From a virus (Duplodnaviria; Heunggongvirae; Uroviricota; Caudoviricetes): a stretch of DNA of 60,518 nucleotides. The translations under genes were made by a program, and so were the position numbers. Each line of letters opens with the position of its first letter. The stretch's first letter is position 1. The notes below the pieces were generated by a model. The model made no database searches, was not told the DNA's origin, and was given only the letters and a program-made list of their open reading frames with translations. Shown here one piece after another: positions 1 through 11,216 of the stretch. Location of the stretch: IMG/VR virus record IMGVR_UViG_3300027509_000001, positions 128,001-188,518 of that record. The stretch is one strand, 5' to 3'.

Positions 1-10
1 CTTTTTTAGA

Positions 11-214
11 TTAAGTTAATACTGCAAAAATAAAATCGCTTACACTAATAATTGTCTTCTTTGCTAAACGATATTCTAAATCCTTTGAGTTTAATTGCGA
101 TTTAGAAAATACTCCATGCATGACATTATTTCTTGGAAACCACATTTGGGCTTTATAATCAACAATTAATCCAGACGAAGTTTCTATCCATTGACTTTTG
201 ACATTCCGTCGCAT
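11..214 (-). CDS. hypothetical protein (start uncertain)
   Basis: ORF track; same strand as neighbours. Confidence 0.35.
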   Translation of the reverse strand: MRRNVKSQWIETSSGLIVDYKAQMWFPRNNVMHGVFSKSQLNSKDLEYRLAKKTIISVSDFIFAVLT

Positions 215-370
215 TCCAATTTTAAATGAAGATATGGAGATATTAGTTTATGTATTTGATTTTTGTTCATTCTTTTTAATAACTACCTTTGCCAGCTCAC
301 TTAATTTAAATATCTTTGCCAATTCATCCTTTTTAAGTCGAATCTTTTTCTTTCCTAATGAATCAAACAT

Positions 371-699
371 TTATAATCCCGTTTTTGTTTTTAAATCCCA
401 TGGACCCCAATGTCCGTATTTTCCTATTGCCTTTGCAAATGCAATATAATCGTATTTTTTTAAATTATTAAGTTTATCTATTTTACCCAATTCATAATAT
501 TTAGATCTCCTCATGAGGATGTTATTCCCATTCGATTTATCAATTACAATATCATTGCCAACTTCTATCCAACAATGCCCAAATGAAATTCCTGTTAAAG
601 ATCCTTGCCCATTACCTCTCCATGAACTAATTTCCAATCATTTTCGTGTTTGTCCATGAAATGCCTACCATTAGAATCGTAACAATTCCCCTTTTTCAT
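371..699 (-). pseudogene. frameshifted small protein with Cys/His motifs (GNCY..LVHG..HCWIE), papain/transglutaminase-like
   Basis: ATG at 699 reads MKKGNCYDSNG..LVHGEVMG; one added base near 609 joins it to GQGSLTGISFGHCWIE of ORF 371..637. Confidence 0.55.
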
Positions 700-700
700 A

Positions 701-2356
701 CTATGCTTCCCATTTAATTAAAATATTAATGTTGACATCGTCTCTTGACATTACTGGTTGGGCTAATTTTGCTACAACCAATAATTCTCCTGCCTCGTTA
801 TACAATCCTATTTCAGAGATATATGGTTTTAGACCACCATCAGTAAAGTCTGAATTTAATTGATCGGATGATTTATATATTCTCGCCGTTGGGTTCAGTG
901 TTAGGTTGAACTCGCCTTTATTTATCCGACAAAGTACTTCGTATTCATAAATCATATGAGTCGACTTAAATCGAAGCAAATCGATGTTGTCTAAGAAAGT
1001 ATCATAGTATGAAAATGGAGTTGTTATTACAATATTTCCACTTCTATAAAAAACGTTTCCAATAACATTTGTATAAAACATATTTTGAGTTTTAGATAAG
1101 TCTGTCATTAATTCTAAAACTGTAGACGAATCATAAAAACTATTATTATAAAATCGTATTTCATCTAATCCAACATTTGTTCTTGCAGAACCTTCTAATA
1201 TGCTACTTGTTCCAAATAATAAGTCATAATCATTATAAGGAGATATTGTATTATCAGTTACTGTTTCTACTAATGAACCATTTAGAAATATTGATAATTT
1301 AGGCACATTTGAATCTGTATATCTACATATGATTAAATCTATCCAACTTTCGCCGACAGCAGGAATAGTAATTTTAGTTAGATTCTTACCGTCAGATCTT
1401 GTAAATGTTATGACACCAGTGTCAATTGATAAATTATATGGATATATATTCGTAGCTACATGTTCATCTTCATAATAAATTTTCTTTCGAATCTTTATTC
1501 CCTTGTCAGTTACTTCTTCTATTAATCCAATCTTTTTGGTTTTCTTTACACCGTTTTTTGACAAAATTGTGCCATTATTATGGCTAGTCAATTCTATTTT
1601 CATGTGAATAAGAAAATCATCATCTATTAAATTGAAATGGTCATTATGAGCTGTTCTAATATACCCATCGTTTGTTGATATTGCGCCTCTAGTATCTGCA
1701 TCTTCATATGACTTCGATTTAATTAAAGATATTCCTTTGAATTCTGAAGTCATTGTATCTGCATTAAATGGGAAGTCATATGCATAGTCTCCATCTTCTA
1801 ACAATGGATCTGAATTCCACCGCAATACATCCTTATATAAATCATTAAATGACCAATAAGAAACTAAATGATTATTATTCCAGATTTCAGCTAGACTAGT
1901 TGGAACCTCTCTATCAATTAGATTACCATTACCATCATCAATAATTGAATTTAAATAATTGTAATTAATTAATTCTACAGAATTCTTTTTTAATGCTTCT
2001 CCTAAATCTAAATATGGAATTGAAATGTGAGATAATGTAGGAGATATATACTTGTATGTTTTATATCTGTTAACATGTTCAAATGTAGCTGATGGATTAT
2101 ATGGGTCATTATAAAACATATGGTTTAGTGAGGACCATATTATAGCTTGAAATGACCCGTCTGTGTTTTTTAAATCATTATCTGACTTAACGTCATTTAT
2201 AGGAACTGGTATACCTGAATGATATCCCTTTCTAACTAAATATCCCTTTTCAGATGTAATTTCGTCAAGGGGTAAATTGAATTGTTTGTTAACCGTTACC
2301 GGCCTTAATGTAAAATCTGATTTTTTGATTTGTTTTGCAATTCTTGGTATAGCCAT
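701..2356 (-). CDS. virion structural protein (LamG-like region plus baseplate/tail-fibre-attachment C-terminal motif)
   Basis: LVSYWSFN..GLDEIRFYN LamG-like motifs; C-terminal YISEIGLYNEAGELLVVAKLAQPV shared with the next two ORFs. Confidence 0.7.
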   Translation of the reverse strand: MAIPRIAKQIKKSDFTLRPVTVNKQFNLPLDEITSEKGYLVRKGYHSGIPVPINDVKSDNDLKNTDGSFQAIIWSSLNHMFYNDPYNPSATFEHVNRYKTYKYISPTLSHISIPYLDLGEALKKNSVELINYNYLNSIIDDGNGNLIDREVPTSLAEIWNNNHLVSYWSFNDLYKDVLRWNSDPLLEDGDYAYDFPFNADTMTSEFKGISLIKSKSYEDADTRGAISTNDGYIRTAHNDHFNLIDDDFLIHMKIELTSHNNGTILSKNGVKKTKKIGLIEEVTDKGIKIRKKIYYEDEHVATNIYPYNLSIDTGVITFTRSDGKNLTKITIPAVGESWIDLIICRYTDSNVPKLSIFLNGSLVETVTDNTISPYNDYDLLFGTSSILEGSARTNVGLDEIRFYNNSFYDSSTVLELMTDLSKTQNMFYTNVIGNVFYRSGNIVITTPFSYYDTFLDNIDLLRFKSTHMIYEYEVLCRINKGEFNLTLNPTARIYKSSDQLNSDFTDGGLKPYISEIGLYNEAGELLVVAKLAQPVMSRDDVNINILIKWEA

Positions 2357-2363
2357 ATCATAT

Positions 2364-4256
2364 TTATTGTTCTATTTTTATTGTAATAGCGGCTTCTTCA
2401 ACTGCTGATTTTAGTAATGGCTTAGAAAATTTTCCAACCGCCAGCAATTCTTTATTGGCATTGTAAATACCAATAGATGTTATATATACTTTAGAATCGC
2501 CTACCATAGTATCTATAACACTTCCTTCGGCATCTGTGACATATGTTGGGTTATTAGAGAAGTTAAATTGAGAGTTTTTTAATCTTACGAATGCATATCT
2601 AACATGCTTGTATTCAATGTTTCTAGCTTTAAATCCAAAATAATCTCCAGATGCATCTTGGTTTCCTTCTTCCACCGCAAAGGAATTTGTCAAAATTGCC
2701 CTATAAAATTTGTATGGGTTTTTGCTAGACGATTGCACTTCCCTAACTACTGGGTCTCCTACTGCCATTGAAATTACTTCGGGTCTAAACACTATTATAC
2801 CTTTCGATGGATACATTATTGCAAATTCCTCTGTATCTGTTAAGCCTGATTCCAACGTACCTTCTCTCATTGCAACTGGCTTAGTATTATCGATTGATTT
2901 AGTAGATTTTACATGTTCGTCTACCAATGTTCTACCAAATCCATCAAAACCAAAATTAACAATTAAAGGATTCGTGTTTGGGTATGAATTAGTATCTTCT
3001 AATCGATTAAATGACAATTCTACATTTCCGGCATCTAGTCCGTCCTTATATAATTTCCTGTTAAAATTTAATATATATACGGCGTCTTGTTCTGCTCCAT
3101 TAATTATAAATTTATCTTGGCCTTGAGGTAATAATAAATTGGCATACTGAGTATACATTGCTTTTGTCAATGTTTCATTATCGTTACCACCTAAATCTAT
3201 TGCACCTTTGCCCTCATAGTCTCCATATAATATTTTAAATAATTCAGTACGGCAATCTTCATCATCTGGTTTGTCATATACACTTACACAATAATCTATG
3301 TCTTCTGATGCATCGGTTGCTTCGGTGTATTTGTCTTCTAGATTAATAACTTGATTTGGCCATAAGGTCGATGTTTCTATTTCATAGTCACTAAATGTAT
3401 CATCTACTAATGAATGTGTTTGCCCAGCACCAATTAATGGAGTATCTGGGGTAATTGGGTCGTCTACGGGTCCTGGATTAATTGGGTTATTTCCATCATT
3501 AATTGGATCTTCGTCAGTTGACTTTTCGAAAAAACATAATTGACCATTTTCACTTACGTAATAATACCCGTCGGGAGAAATGAAATTTGTAATGTCTACA
3601 TTTCCAAATGTTCCTCGTTGGATTATTATTTCTTTTGGTATTTTGAATTTTGCAATGAACATGTCATATTCTGGAACTGCGTCGTATTTTGCAAATTCAA
3701 TAAAACATGCTAGGTCTGCAATCTTGTGGTCCGTGCAAATTACCTTCATGCCATCAATATCAATTCTTCCATTCCAAAATGTTCTGCTTAATAATACCTC
3801 TTGGTACACATTCATTGCCTTTGAGTTTAGTGTCGAAACTTGACTTACTTCTGGCTTAGCTAGAAATGTTTTTGCTTCCTCTTTCCAAACAAATGAGTAT
3901 TCTGCAAGATTGTATCCATAATCATTAAAATTGAAACATGGATTAGTAGTAGGATTGGAATCTGTCGTTGGAGTTATGGTTACTGGGTTAGGTTGGAATA
4001 AACCAGTTATTTTATAGGATGCATCTCCAATGTAATATATGACGCCAGTAGTTCTGGAACTAGCTATTTCTGGTTTATATTTTATTAATTCAGTTGCATT
4101 TCCAGAAAATATATGAAAATTATTACCATCTACACCAGTGTATGTAAATGACCTTCCATGCAAACTAGTAGAAAGTACATCATATCCAATAACGGCATTG
4201 GTGATGCCAGTTGGGTTTTCTCTGAAAATATATTTGTTACCTACAATATATGACAT
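2364..4256 (-). CDS. virion structural protein, paralog of 4260..5879
   Basis: C-terminal FNFSNNPTY..VYITSIGIYNANKELLAVGKFSKP; lies in the baseplate module. Confidence 0.7.
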   Translation of the reverse strand: MSYIVGNKYIFRENPTGITNAVIGYDVLSTSLHGRSFTYTGVDGNNFHIFSGNATELIKYKPEIASSRTTGVIYYIGDASYKITGLFQPNPVTITPTTDSNPTTNPCFNFNDYGYNLAEYSFVWKEEAKTFLAKPEVSQVSTLNSKAMNVYQEVLLSRTFWNGRIDIDGMKVICTDHKIADLACFIEFAKYDAVPEYDMFIAKFKIPKEIIIQRGTFGNVDITNFISPDGYYYVSENGQLCFFEKSTDEDPINDGNNPINPGPVDDPITPDTPLIGAGQTHSLVDDTFSDYEIETSTLWPNQVINLEDKYTEATDASEDIDYCVSVYDKPDDEDCRTELFKILYGDYEGKGAIDLGGNDNETLTKAMYTQYANLLLPQGQDKFIINGAEQDAVYILNFNRKLYKDGLDAGNVELSFNRLEDTNSYPNTNPLIVNFGFDGFGRTLVDEHVKSTKSIDNTKPVAMREGTLESGLTDTEEFAIMYPSKGIIVFRPEVISMAVGDPVVREVQSSSKNPYKFYRAILTNSFAVEEGNQDASGDYFGFKARNIEYKHVRYAFVRLKNSQFNFSNNPTYVTDAEGSVIDTMVGDSKVYITSIGIYNANKELLAVGKFSKPLLKSAVEEAAITIKIEQ

Positions 4257-4259
4257 CTA

Positions 4260-5879
4260 TTAATATTCTAATTTAACTCGTACAACAGTTTCTCTAGCAA
4301 AATGCTTTTGGAATGGTTTTGATAATTTTGCCACTGCCACCAATTCCTTATTAGTATTATATAATCCAACGGTAGTTACATATACTTTTGGATCATTAAT
4401 CATTGTTGGGTGGGCTAGATCTCCATCTGAACCAGTTGTAAATGTTGGGTTATTTGAAAAATTGTATTCTGAATTCTTAAGTCTACAGAAAAAGTGCGTG
4501 CTCTTGACTACTTCGGCTGACCTAGCTTGGAATCCATATGGGTCTCCTGATCCATCAGTATATATTGCTGATCCTGACATTGACGTAAATAATTTTTGAA
4601 CGTTATCTCCTTCTATTTCTCCGCCCCCGGATGAATTTTCTATTACAGTACCAAAGAATAAATTATCATCTAATTGTTCTGCGTCTAATATCATTACGCC
4701 AAGTCGCTTGTATAGCAAACCATAAACAATTGGGTTATCAGATACTAAATGGACTCCACCATTAGTTTGATAATTTTCTAACGAACCAGACACTAATTGG
4801 TGAACTTCTCCAGCAGATGTTAATTCTGGGTCATTTAGTTTTGAATCGTCTATAATAGTAATTACATTTTCAGCACCTTCTACTACTACGTTGGACCCAG
4901 TATATTCGTAATGGTTTCCAGTATATCCATTATTTGCCGATTTATCGTAATTCCAGCCAGTTAATGCTTGTAAATTTAATTGTAAATTCCCTTCGTCTAC
5001 CCATTCTCTAAATCTGGATCTATTAATGTTAATAACATATATACTTTCTACAGATTTTCCGCCGATCGTAAATGTCTCTTTTTCTCCATTTAAACATAAT
5101 AGCCTATATTGTCCATATATTGCTCTAGTTGGAGTATCATCTACTTGAACACCCTGATCTTCTGACCCCGAACCATATTTATTTCCAAATGCAATAGAGA
5201 ATTGGGCTTCTGGAGCACAATCAGCAGCAGATCCAGTATTATGTATTTCTAAATAGTACTTTTTTTGTGAGTCTGTTTGATCTGGATTAATATGAAATTC
5301 AAGTAAATTACTTAAATCTCCAGTCCACATTGCCCGAGTTACAGTTTGTTGTTGATTCCTAGCTATTTCGTCAAAATTAAATTTATTGTATATTTTACCC
5401 GATCCAATTATTCCGCCAGGAGGAGTTGGTGGATTAAGAGGAATAATAGGATTAGCAGTAACTGGTCCATTATTAATTGGAGTCACTGGTAATGTTGGTG
5501 TTGGTGTAAATGGCTTTACATCATTTCCTGAACCTGTTGGTGTAGGTGTTGGAGTTGGAGTAGTTGGTCCTACATTAGTAACAATTTGAAATATTTGTTG
5601 CCTGTCCGTTAGAACATAAATGGCACCATTTGCATCTCTAAATGCTGGAACATTTCCTATCGATGATGGCCATACGTACTGTCCTAAATTAGATAACATA
5701 GCTTCGATACTTTTCAGATTGTCAGAAGCTATTAATTTTATAACATATCCAGCCTCTTGCAACCTTTCAATTATCGAAGAGTCAACTATAGATCTATCAT
5801 TAAGAGTACCAACTCTTACTGTATTCCCACCTTTTTCATTTGAAGTCGACTTACTGTCTCCTATTCTAATTAAACTCAT
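4260..5879 (-). CDS. virion structural protein (baseplate/tail) with Pro/Thr linker
   Basis: C-terminal YNFSNNPTF..VYVTTVGLYNTNKELVAVAKLSKP; PTPTPT linker. Confidence 0.7.
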   Translation of the reverse strand: MSLIRIGDSKSTSNEKGGNTVRVGTLNDRSIVDSSIIERLQEAGYVIKLIASDNLKSIEAMLSNLGQYVWPSSIGNVPAFRDANGAIYVLTDRQQIFQIVTNVGPTTPTPTPTPTGSGNDVKPFTPTPTLPVTPINNGPVTANPIIPLNPPTPPGGIIGSGKIYNKFNFDEIARNQQQTVTRAMWTGDLSNLLEFHINPDQTDSQKKYYLEIHNTGSAADCAPEAQFSIAFGNKYGSGSEDQGVQVDDTPTRAIYGQYRLLCLNGEKETFTIGGKSVESIYVININRSRFREWVDEGNLQLNLQALTGWNYDKSANNGYTGNHYEYTGSNVVVEGAENVITIIDDSKLNDPELTSAGEVHQLVSGSLENYQTNGGVHLVSDNPIVYGLLYKRLGVMILDAEQLDDNLFFGTVIENSSGGGEIEGDNVQKLFTSMSGSAIYTDGSGDPYGFQARSAEVVKSTHFFCRLKNSEYNFSNNPTFTTGSDGDLAHPTMINDPKVYVTTVGLYNTNKELVAVAKLSKPFQKHFARETVVRVKLEY

Positions 5880-5890
5880 TAATTTCCTTA

Positions 5891-6553
5891 TTAAGATTGC
5901 GTTAAACCTGCATTAAATGTAGTTGACTGTTGATTTACAGTTATGTTAATAACAGTTTGGCCACCTGTTTCGTTTCCTATAACTGTAATCGTTGTCGATT
6001 TAGGACCTGTCAATTGTGGTTTAGCAGTTACTTTAAATTTCATTCCGGACAATATTACTGATTGACTAGCTTCTAATAATGCACTGGTTGGAGCTGTATA
6101 TGCTGTCGTTGATTGACTTGCTTCAGTTACTTCTAAAGTTGCAACATCACTATCTGCTATAATAGCAGTATAACCATAAGTGCTATTACCTTCTTGGTAA
6201 TTTTGAGTATTTGGTATAATCGCTTCGCTTTGCCCGGTTTCCAAAGTTATTGTAGAATGATTTACAGTTACTATTGGAATTCTTACGGTTTTCTTTGGTA
6301 AAGTAACCAATTTAAATTTCATTGATTGGCTTTCGTCTGGAAATGCTTCTGTTATTGGCATTGCTTCTATCACAGCGCCATAATGCTGAGAGCCTAGTGG
6401 ATGGTCTGGATTATATAACGTATAATCTATTTCATCATCTGCTAGAGCGAAGTGTGATATGTTGAATTGATTTTGTCCCTTAGCTAAGAGCTCTCTACCT
6501 TTCTTAGTTAATATTGCGTCGACAGTGATTTCTGTGTTATCTAAGTATCCGAT
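5891..6553 (-). CDS. virion structural protein; frame extends 60 codons upstream of the ORF-track start to an ATC codon
   Basis: open frame (I/M)GYLDNTEITVDAILTKKGRELLAKGQNQFNISHFALADDEIDY; GGAG upstream; late motif at 6602-6609. Confidence 0.65.
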   Translation of the reverse strand: MGYLDNTEITVDAILTKKGRELLAKGQNQFNISHFALADDEIDYTLYNPDHPLGSQHYGAVIEAMPITEAFPDESQSMKFKLVTLPKKTVRIPIVTVNHSTITLETGQSEAIIPNTQNYQEGNSTYGYTAIIADSDVATLEVTEASQSTTAYTAPTSALLEASQSVILSGMKFKVTAKPQLTGPKSTTITVIGNETGGQTVINITVNQQSTTFNAGLTQS

Positions 6554-6601
6554 GGTTTTTTTTCTCCGTTTGATTAAAGCTATTATTCTAGCTCGTATAC
6601 A

Positions 6602-6609
6602 TATAAATA
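6602..6609 (-). promoter_or_regulatory. putative phage late promoter motif TATTTATA (also 15701, 21347, 22369, 23583, 27284, 40894, 41067, 50481)
   Basis: recurrent motif in short intergenic gaps just upstream of structural/lysis genes; gp55-like sigma encoded in the window. Confidence 0.55.
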
Positions 6610-6630
6610 TATTATACGAAGTGAATTTTA

Positions 6631-9600
6631 CTATTCTACGATTAAATTACTTGAACTATTTTCATTTGAGTTAATTAATTGATTTGGATTTACTTCAGTA
6701 AATGACACTACTGGGCCTTTATCTATTGTGTCGTTGGATGGTATATTAAAGTCTGGTCCTGTTAATTTACTTCCTCTAAATCTTTTATTATTTTCGGTAG
6801 AATTTTCATTGATTTGATATGAATGATCATCTTCCCAATAAAAATCAACGATATTTTGAGATTTATTATATAATTTTAATAATTGTTTTTCATATGTACT
6901 AATGTATTTATAAACCTCTATTGAATACAATATAATGGTGTTGCCAGTATTCTGCAAATAAATATCTACTGTCTGATCTACTGTTGGCGTAATTCGTGTG
7001 ATAGCTGGTCTGGCGTAGTTTTGATAGCGATCATTTATTATATAATCAGTTGTTGTTGTAGGGTCGGCGATTGATGGTATAGTACTCAATGTCATAGTGG
7101 TTCCTAATATAGAAGAAGCATATATTATTATTTCATATTCTTGTCCTTGTTTCATTGATATTGAGTTCGCAGATAGATCTTGTCCAGTAGTCAATTCTAT
7201 AGCGAACTCGTATCTAGGATGAACACGATACTCAGGATCATGTATAGGGGAAAATGAATTTATGCCCGAATCTACGACCACTTTATCAATAGAATTGAAA
7301 TATTTTATACCACTTAATTCTTCCATTCTAGTATATGGACTATATACTGGAGTTTTTAACTTATAAGTAGATTTTGTTTTTACTTGATCTATTGCAATTT
7401 CTAGGTCTCCTATAAATCCTTGATATTTACTATCAAATACATCTAATGATCCAGTCCTCTGAGAGGCTAAATCTAATGATCCAATCAATGTTATATCTTG
7501 AGGTATAGTAGCGTATAATTTTAATGTATCCAGAAAAATATTTGAATTCATCTCCAAAACCGCTTTAAGATAAGATCTAATCAATTCTATTTGCTGTTTA
7601 GTTGTAAGTACTCCCTTTAATATAGAAGTCTTTACTAGGGCAAGGATATCGGGTGATACAGTTGTTTCTAAGTATAAATTTTCTGCAAATCTGTCCCATA
7701 TATTTAAATCAATGTCATCTTCTAGGATTACTGCTTCAATTGAAGGCCTTTTAGTTATAACAACTTTATTTCTTTCTAATATATGCGGTTCAATTAATAT
7801 CCCCGATATCAAATTTGCTCTTGCTGGAACTAACTGTTTTATTTGATCAAAGAATGTATAATCATATACGCTTAAAATTCGTATAAATGCATTTATATCA
7901 TTTTTTTGAGTGTATTTACTAAAATAATCAGACCTTAACTTTTTAAATTTATAATATTCAGGTTCAAATTCTGACTCGGGGTCTGCTATATAATCGTCTA
8001 AATTAGAAACGCCCATATGATTATATATGTCTCGATTTATTTGATCTGCCAATGAAAAGACAATGGCTAGCCTATTTTCATCTGGATTTGGATTTGTCTC
8101 ATCTAATATAGCCGACTTGTCCGGACTTAAGGTAAAAGATAATTCCTGATCATCTATTCGTATTTTTTGAGATTGAACAGTTCTTCCGCCTATTTTAGGA
8201 ACATTTATATAATAAGTTTCATTATCATTAATATAATTCTCTGTTTGATCATCTGTAAAATTATAAAGAACCAAAGGGTTTGGTGAAATGTTTCTATCTG
8301 GTTGAGATGATTCATGTGTATCGTTGCTACCCGCAGAGTCGTGTGGCCACCTCTGTAAGTCTAGCCCTAATGGAAAATATTTCCATAAAGAATATTTTGT
8401 TAATTTAAAATCATCTACAGAATATGCAGCTGGATTTAAAACATGTTCAGTGAAAGTCTCTGAGCTATATGTTCCGAAATATTCTTTATACCCCTGAATA
8501 TAACCATCGAAATCTTTAAGGGATCCGGCCCCTAGAGTAAAGTCTAAATATGGACTAACAGGTTGTCCGCCTAATTTAAATAGACTATTATTTGCAGGAT
8601 CTAGGTAATATAACGCACTGGCTGTCATAGGAAAGGTGTCGGAATGTGTCAATTTGCCATATAGACAGTTCCCAGCCGAAGCTATATCTATTATCGTATC
8701 AGTTGGTTGTGACCTGTCTAATCCAGTAAATGATATTCTTACAGTCCACATATCTTTATTGAATAGGGGTATTGATTTGCTTTGGGCGCTTTGTCCAAAT
8801 TGTGGTGAAAACGGGCCTATAACTTCTGTTGTTTCTAGGAGGTATAATTGCCCAAAAGTTTCTTCTTCGTTTGGATCATTATAGATATATAACATTAATG
8901 CCCCATTTCCATCTGTCCTTTCTATACCACCTAAATATACAGAATCTCCTTTTGCATAATCTTTATCAAATTGGAATCGAAATTCATATGTATCTGGATA
9001 TCGATTATAACTAGTTATCCTTTCTAAGCTTATGCCTCCTAGAAATGTAGATTGACTAGCAGATCCTATATCAAATTCTAATTTATCAGACTCTCCGGCG
9101 GCAAATGTATATGCAATAGTTGTTCCAGGATTATCAGTGCTAGATTCTATAACTATGTCATTATGTTTAAATGAATATGATCCACCAGAAGAACTTAAAA
9201 TTGATGCGTTAAACGTATATTCCACATTTGGTATTAAATTAACTATTTGATAGATATTTAATGAGTCATTAATCTCAACCGCTAACCATTTTCCGCCATT
9301 CGGGTGGTTGAAATTTAAAGATGGCATGTCCCCATTTAACGTATAATGTTGAAGTCCATATTCAAAAATTGGGTTTTTAAAATCTAATTTTAAATCAGTA
9401 TCACATACATCTTCTGGTGCCCATCCATTATAATCACAATCAACTAAATTTAAAGTAGTTTCAACATATTGTCCAGGATCTATTTTTAATTTATAATGAT
9501 ATCTATCTTCTATCATAATGGGCTTGTCTGATTCAAGCCCTGGACCACCATATTCTTTAATAGAAACTAAAGTTTTTGGAATTCCATAAATGGACATTAA

Positions 9601-11214
9601 AGCTCTAATAGATCTAGACGTACCCTTTGTCTTTAAAAGATAAGGCAAGTTATTGACTATCCTTTTCCAAATTTGATGAGTTTGTTCTTCATGCGATTCT
9701 TGATCTGTAGATGTTCCATCTTCTAAAACTGCTTCTTTATATAACCACAAATCTGATAATATATTAGAATTTTGCAAATTCCAACCAAAAGATTTTGCAA
9801 TATTAAAAAGCAATTCGTTTGGTGCTCCTCGTTCAGGATGTTCATCTTTAGAATGTATGTTAGTTAATGCCTTTATATATAACCATATATTATCAAAATG
9901 CTGTCCTATCATTTCTACAAATAAGACATATTCACTGTTACCTTCATCCATTAATATATGTTCGGGTATTGACCACCACAATGATTTTGTATTTAATTTA
10001 TCATATGCAATTGCCTTATCTACTAAAGAATTATACCAAGACAATACAGACGGATCATCTATTGCTTTAAGTTGTAAAGAACCATCTTCGTCGCTAATTG
10101 TCTTTGGATATGATGTTATAGGACCTAATAATCCATGTGTAAATATAGGATTATTGTTATCGTAGTATAACCATCTTTCGAAAGGTCCGAAAGAATTTCT
10201 AATCTTATCTATAAATTCAGTTCTTTGCTCTACATCAATATTTATAAAACTTCCCGTATTTTGTTTGGCGTCTGTAATTTCTTGATTATACTTGTCTATC
10301 ATTGTTACTTTTTCAAAAAAGTTAACAATTCTTTTTTCTGCCGAACTATAAAATATATAATTTTCAAAATTTGTATAATCAACATTTAAAGTAACCGATT
10401 CATCTATGTTTAATAACTTATCGATAATATTTTGACTTGTTACTTGGTCTGTTGATAATAACTCTTCCCAACTTTTATAAATTGTCGAATTATTATCAAT
10501 TTGATCTGCATCTTGATTAAATCTTGGACCTCTAATTTTATTAACAGTTGATGGCAATATGTTATGAGTAATAATTAAACTATCAATATACGGATCTGCT
10601 ATTTCATGTCCTATAAAAAATTTAGACTTTAAGTCGATGACGTCAGATAAGGTCTGATAAGTTTTAAAATATATTCCATTTGCATCGTATCTAAAATTAA
10701 TAATATTATATATCTGATTTTCTCCGAAGTTAATTATCACGTTATTTAAGCTACTAGTATTCTGATAACTTAATAAGATTTCTAATATAGAAGCTATTGA
10801 CACTGAATCTATATTAATTTGAATCTCTGTACGATCTGGAGAGATGTCTGTAACTTCAAGTATTTTATTATTAATTGATCCGATTAATGGAACAAGAGTG
10901 TTAAATACTGCTTTATATGAACCTGTTTCTATTTGGTTATCAACAAACACAGATCTAACATCGAATAATAATTCTCTGCTTTCTTCTGATATTGTAACGT
11001 TTGAATTGTAAGAACTTGCCATTATATCCCCAATAAAGGAGTATAAATGTATTTCTGAATTAATTATTGCTTCATTATTTTGCAATGACATTATATGGCA
11101 ATCTTTAACAGTTATATTCATTAACGAAGATAACTCCGGATCATATAACTTCCCATATGAAGGATAATTTTTATCTAAAATTACACTTTTATTAAAATAT
11201 CGATTTAAGCTCAT
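6631..11214 (-). CDS. large baseplate wedge/tail protein
   Basis: 1527 aa; NLPYLLKTKGTSRSIRALMSIYG resembles P2 gpI/T4 gp7-type wedge motif; QIKQLVPARA; near gp6/gp25-like genes. Confidence 0.65.
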   Translation of the reverse strand: MSLNRYFNKSVILDKNYPSYGKLYDPELSSLMNITVKDCHIMSLQNNEAIINSEIHLYSFIGDIMASSYNSNVTISEESRELLFDVRSVFVDNQIETGSYKAVFNTLVPLIGSINNKILEVTDISPDRTEIQINIDSVSIASILEILLSYQNTSSLNNVIINFGENQIYNIINFRYDANGIYFKTYQTLSDVIDLKSKFFIGHEIADPYIDSLIITHNILPSTVNKIRGPRFNQDADQIDNNSTIYKSWEELLSTDQVTSQNIIDKLLNIDESVTLNVDYTNFENYIFYSSAEKRIVNFFEKVTMIDKYNQEITDAKQNTGSFINIDVEQRTEFIDKIRNSFGPFERWLYYDNNNPIFTHGLLGPITSYPKTISDEDGSLQLKAIDDPSVLSWYNSLVDKAIAYDKLNTKSLWWSIPEHILMDEGNSEYVLFVEMIGQHFDNIWLYIKALTNIHSKDEHPERGAPNELLFNIAKSFGWNLQNSNILSDLWLYKEAVLEDGTSTDQESHEEQTHQIWKRIVNNLPYLLKTKGTSRSIRALMSIYGIPKTLVSIKEYGGPGLESDKPIMIEDRYHYKLKIDPGQYVETTLNLVDCDYNGWAPEDVCDTDLKLDFKNPIFEYGLQHYTLNGDMPSLNFNHPNGGKWLAVEINDSLNIYQIVNLIPNVEYTFNASILSSSGGSYSFKHNDIVIESSTDNPGTTIAYTFAAGESDKLEFDIGSASQSTFLGGISLERITSYNRYPDTYEFRFQFDKDYAKGDSVYLGGIERTDGNGALMLYIYNDPNEEETFGQLYLLETTEVIGPFSPQFGQSAQSKSIPLFNKDMWTVRISFTGLDRSQPTDTIIDIASAGNCLYGKLTHSDTFPMTASALYYLDPANNSLFKLGGQPVSPYLDFTLGAGSLKDFDGYIQGYKEYFGTYSSETFTEHVLNPAAYSVDDFKLTKYSLWKYFPLGLDLQRWPHDSAGSNDTHESSQPDRNISPNPLVLYNFTDDQTENYINDNETYYINVPKIGGRTVQSQKIRIDDQELSFTLSPDKSAILDETNPNPDENRLAIVFSLADQINRDIYNHMGVSNLDDYIADPESEFEPEYYKFKKLRSDYFSKYTQKNDINAFIRILSVYDYTFFDQIKQLVPARANLISGILIEPHILERNKVVITKRPSIEAVILEDDIDLNIWDRFAENLYLETTVSPDILALVKTSILKGVLTTKQQIELIRSYLKAVLEMNSNIFLDTLKLYATIPQDITLIGSLDLASQRTGSLDVFDSKYQGFIGDLEIAIDQVKTKSTYKLKTPVYSPYTRMEELSGIKYFNSIDKVVVDSGINSFSPIHDPEYRVHPRYEFAIELTTGQDLSANSISMKQGQEYEIIIYASSILGTTMTLSTIPSIADPTTTTDYIINDRYQNYARPAITRITPTVDQTVDIYLQNTGNTIILYSIEVYKYISTYEKQLLKLYNKSQNIVDFYWEDDHSYQINENSTENNKRFRGSKLTGPDFNIPSNDTIDKGPVVSFTEVNPNQLINSNENSSSNLIVE

Positions 11215-11216
11215 GG

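Noticed and set aside
5530-5570. Tandem repeat ggtgtaggtgttggagtt
   Set aside because: Encodes a Pro-Thr linker in a structural protein.
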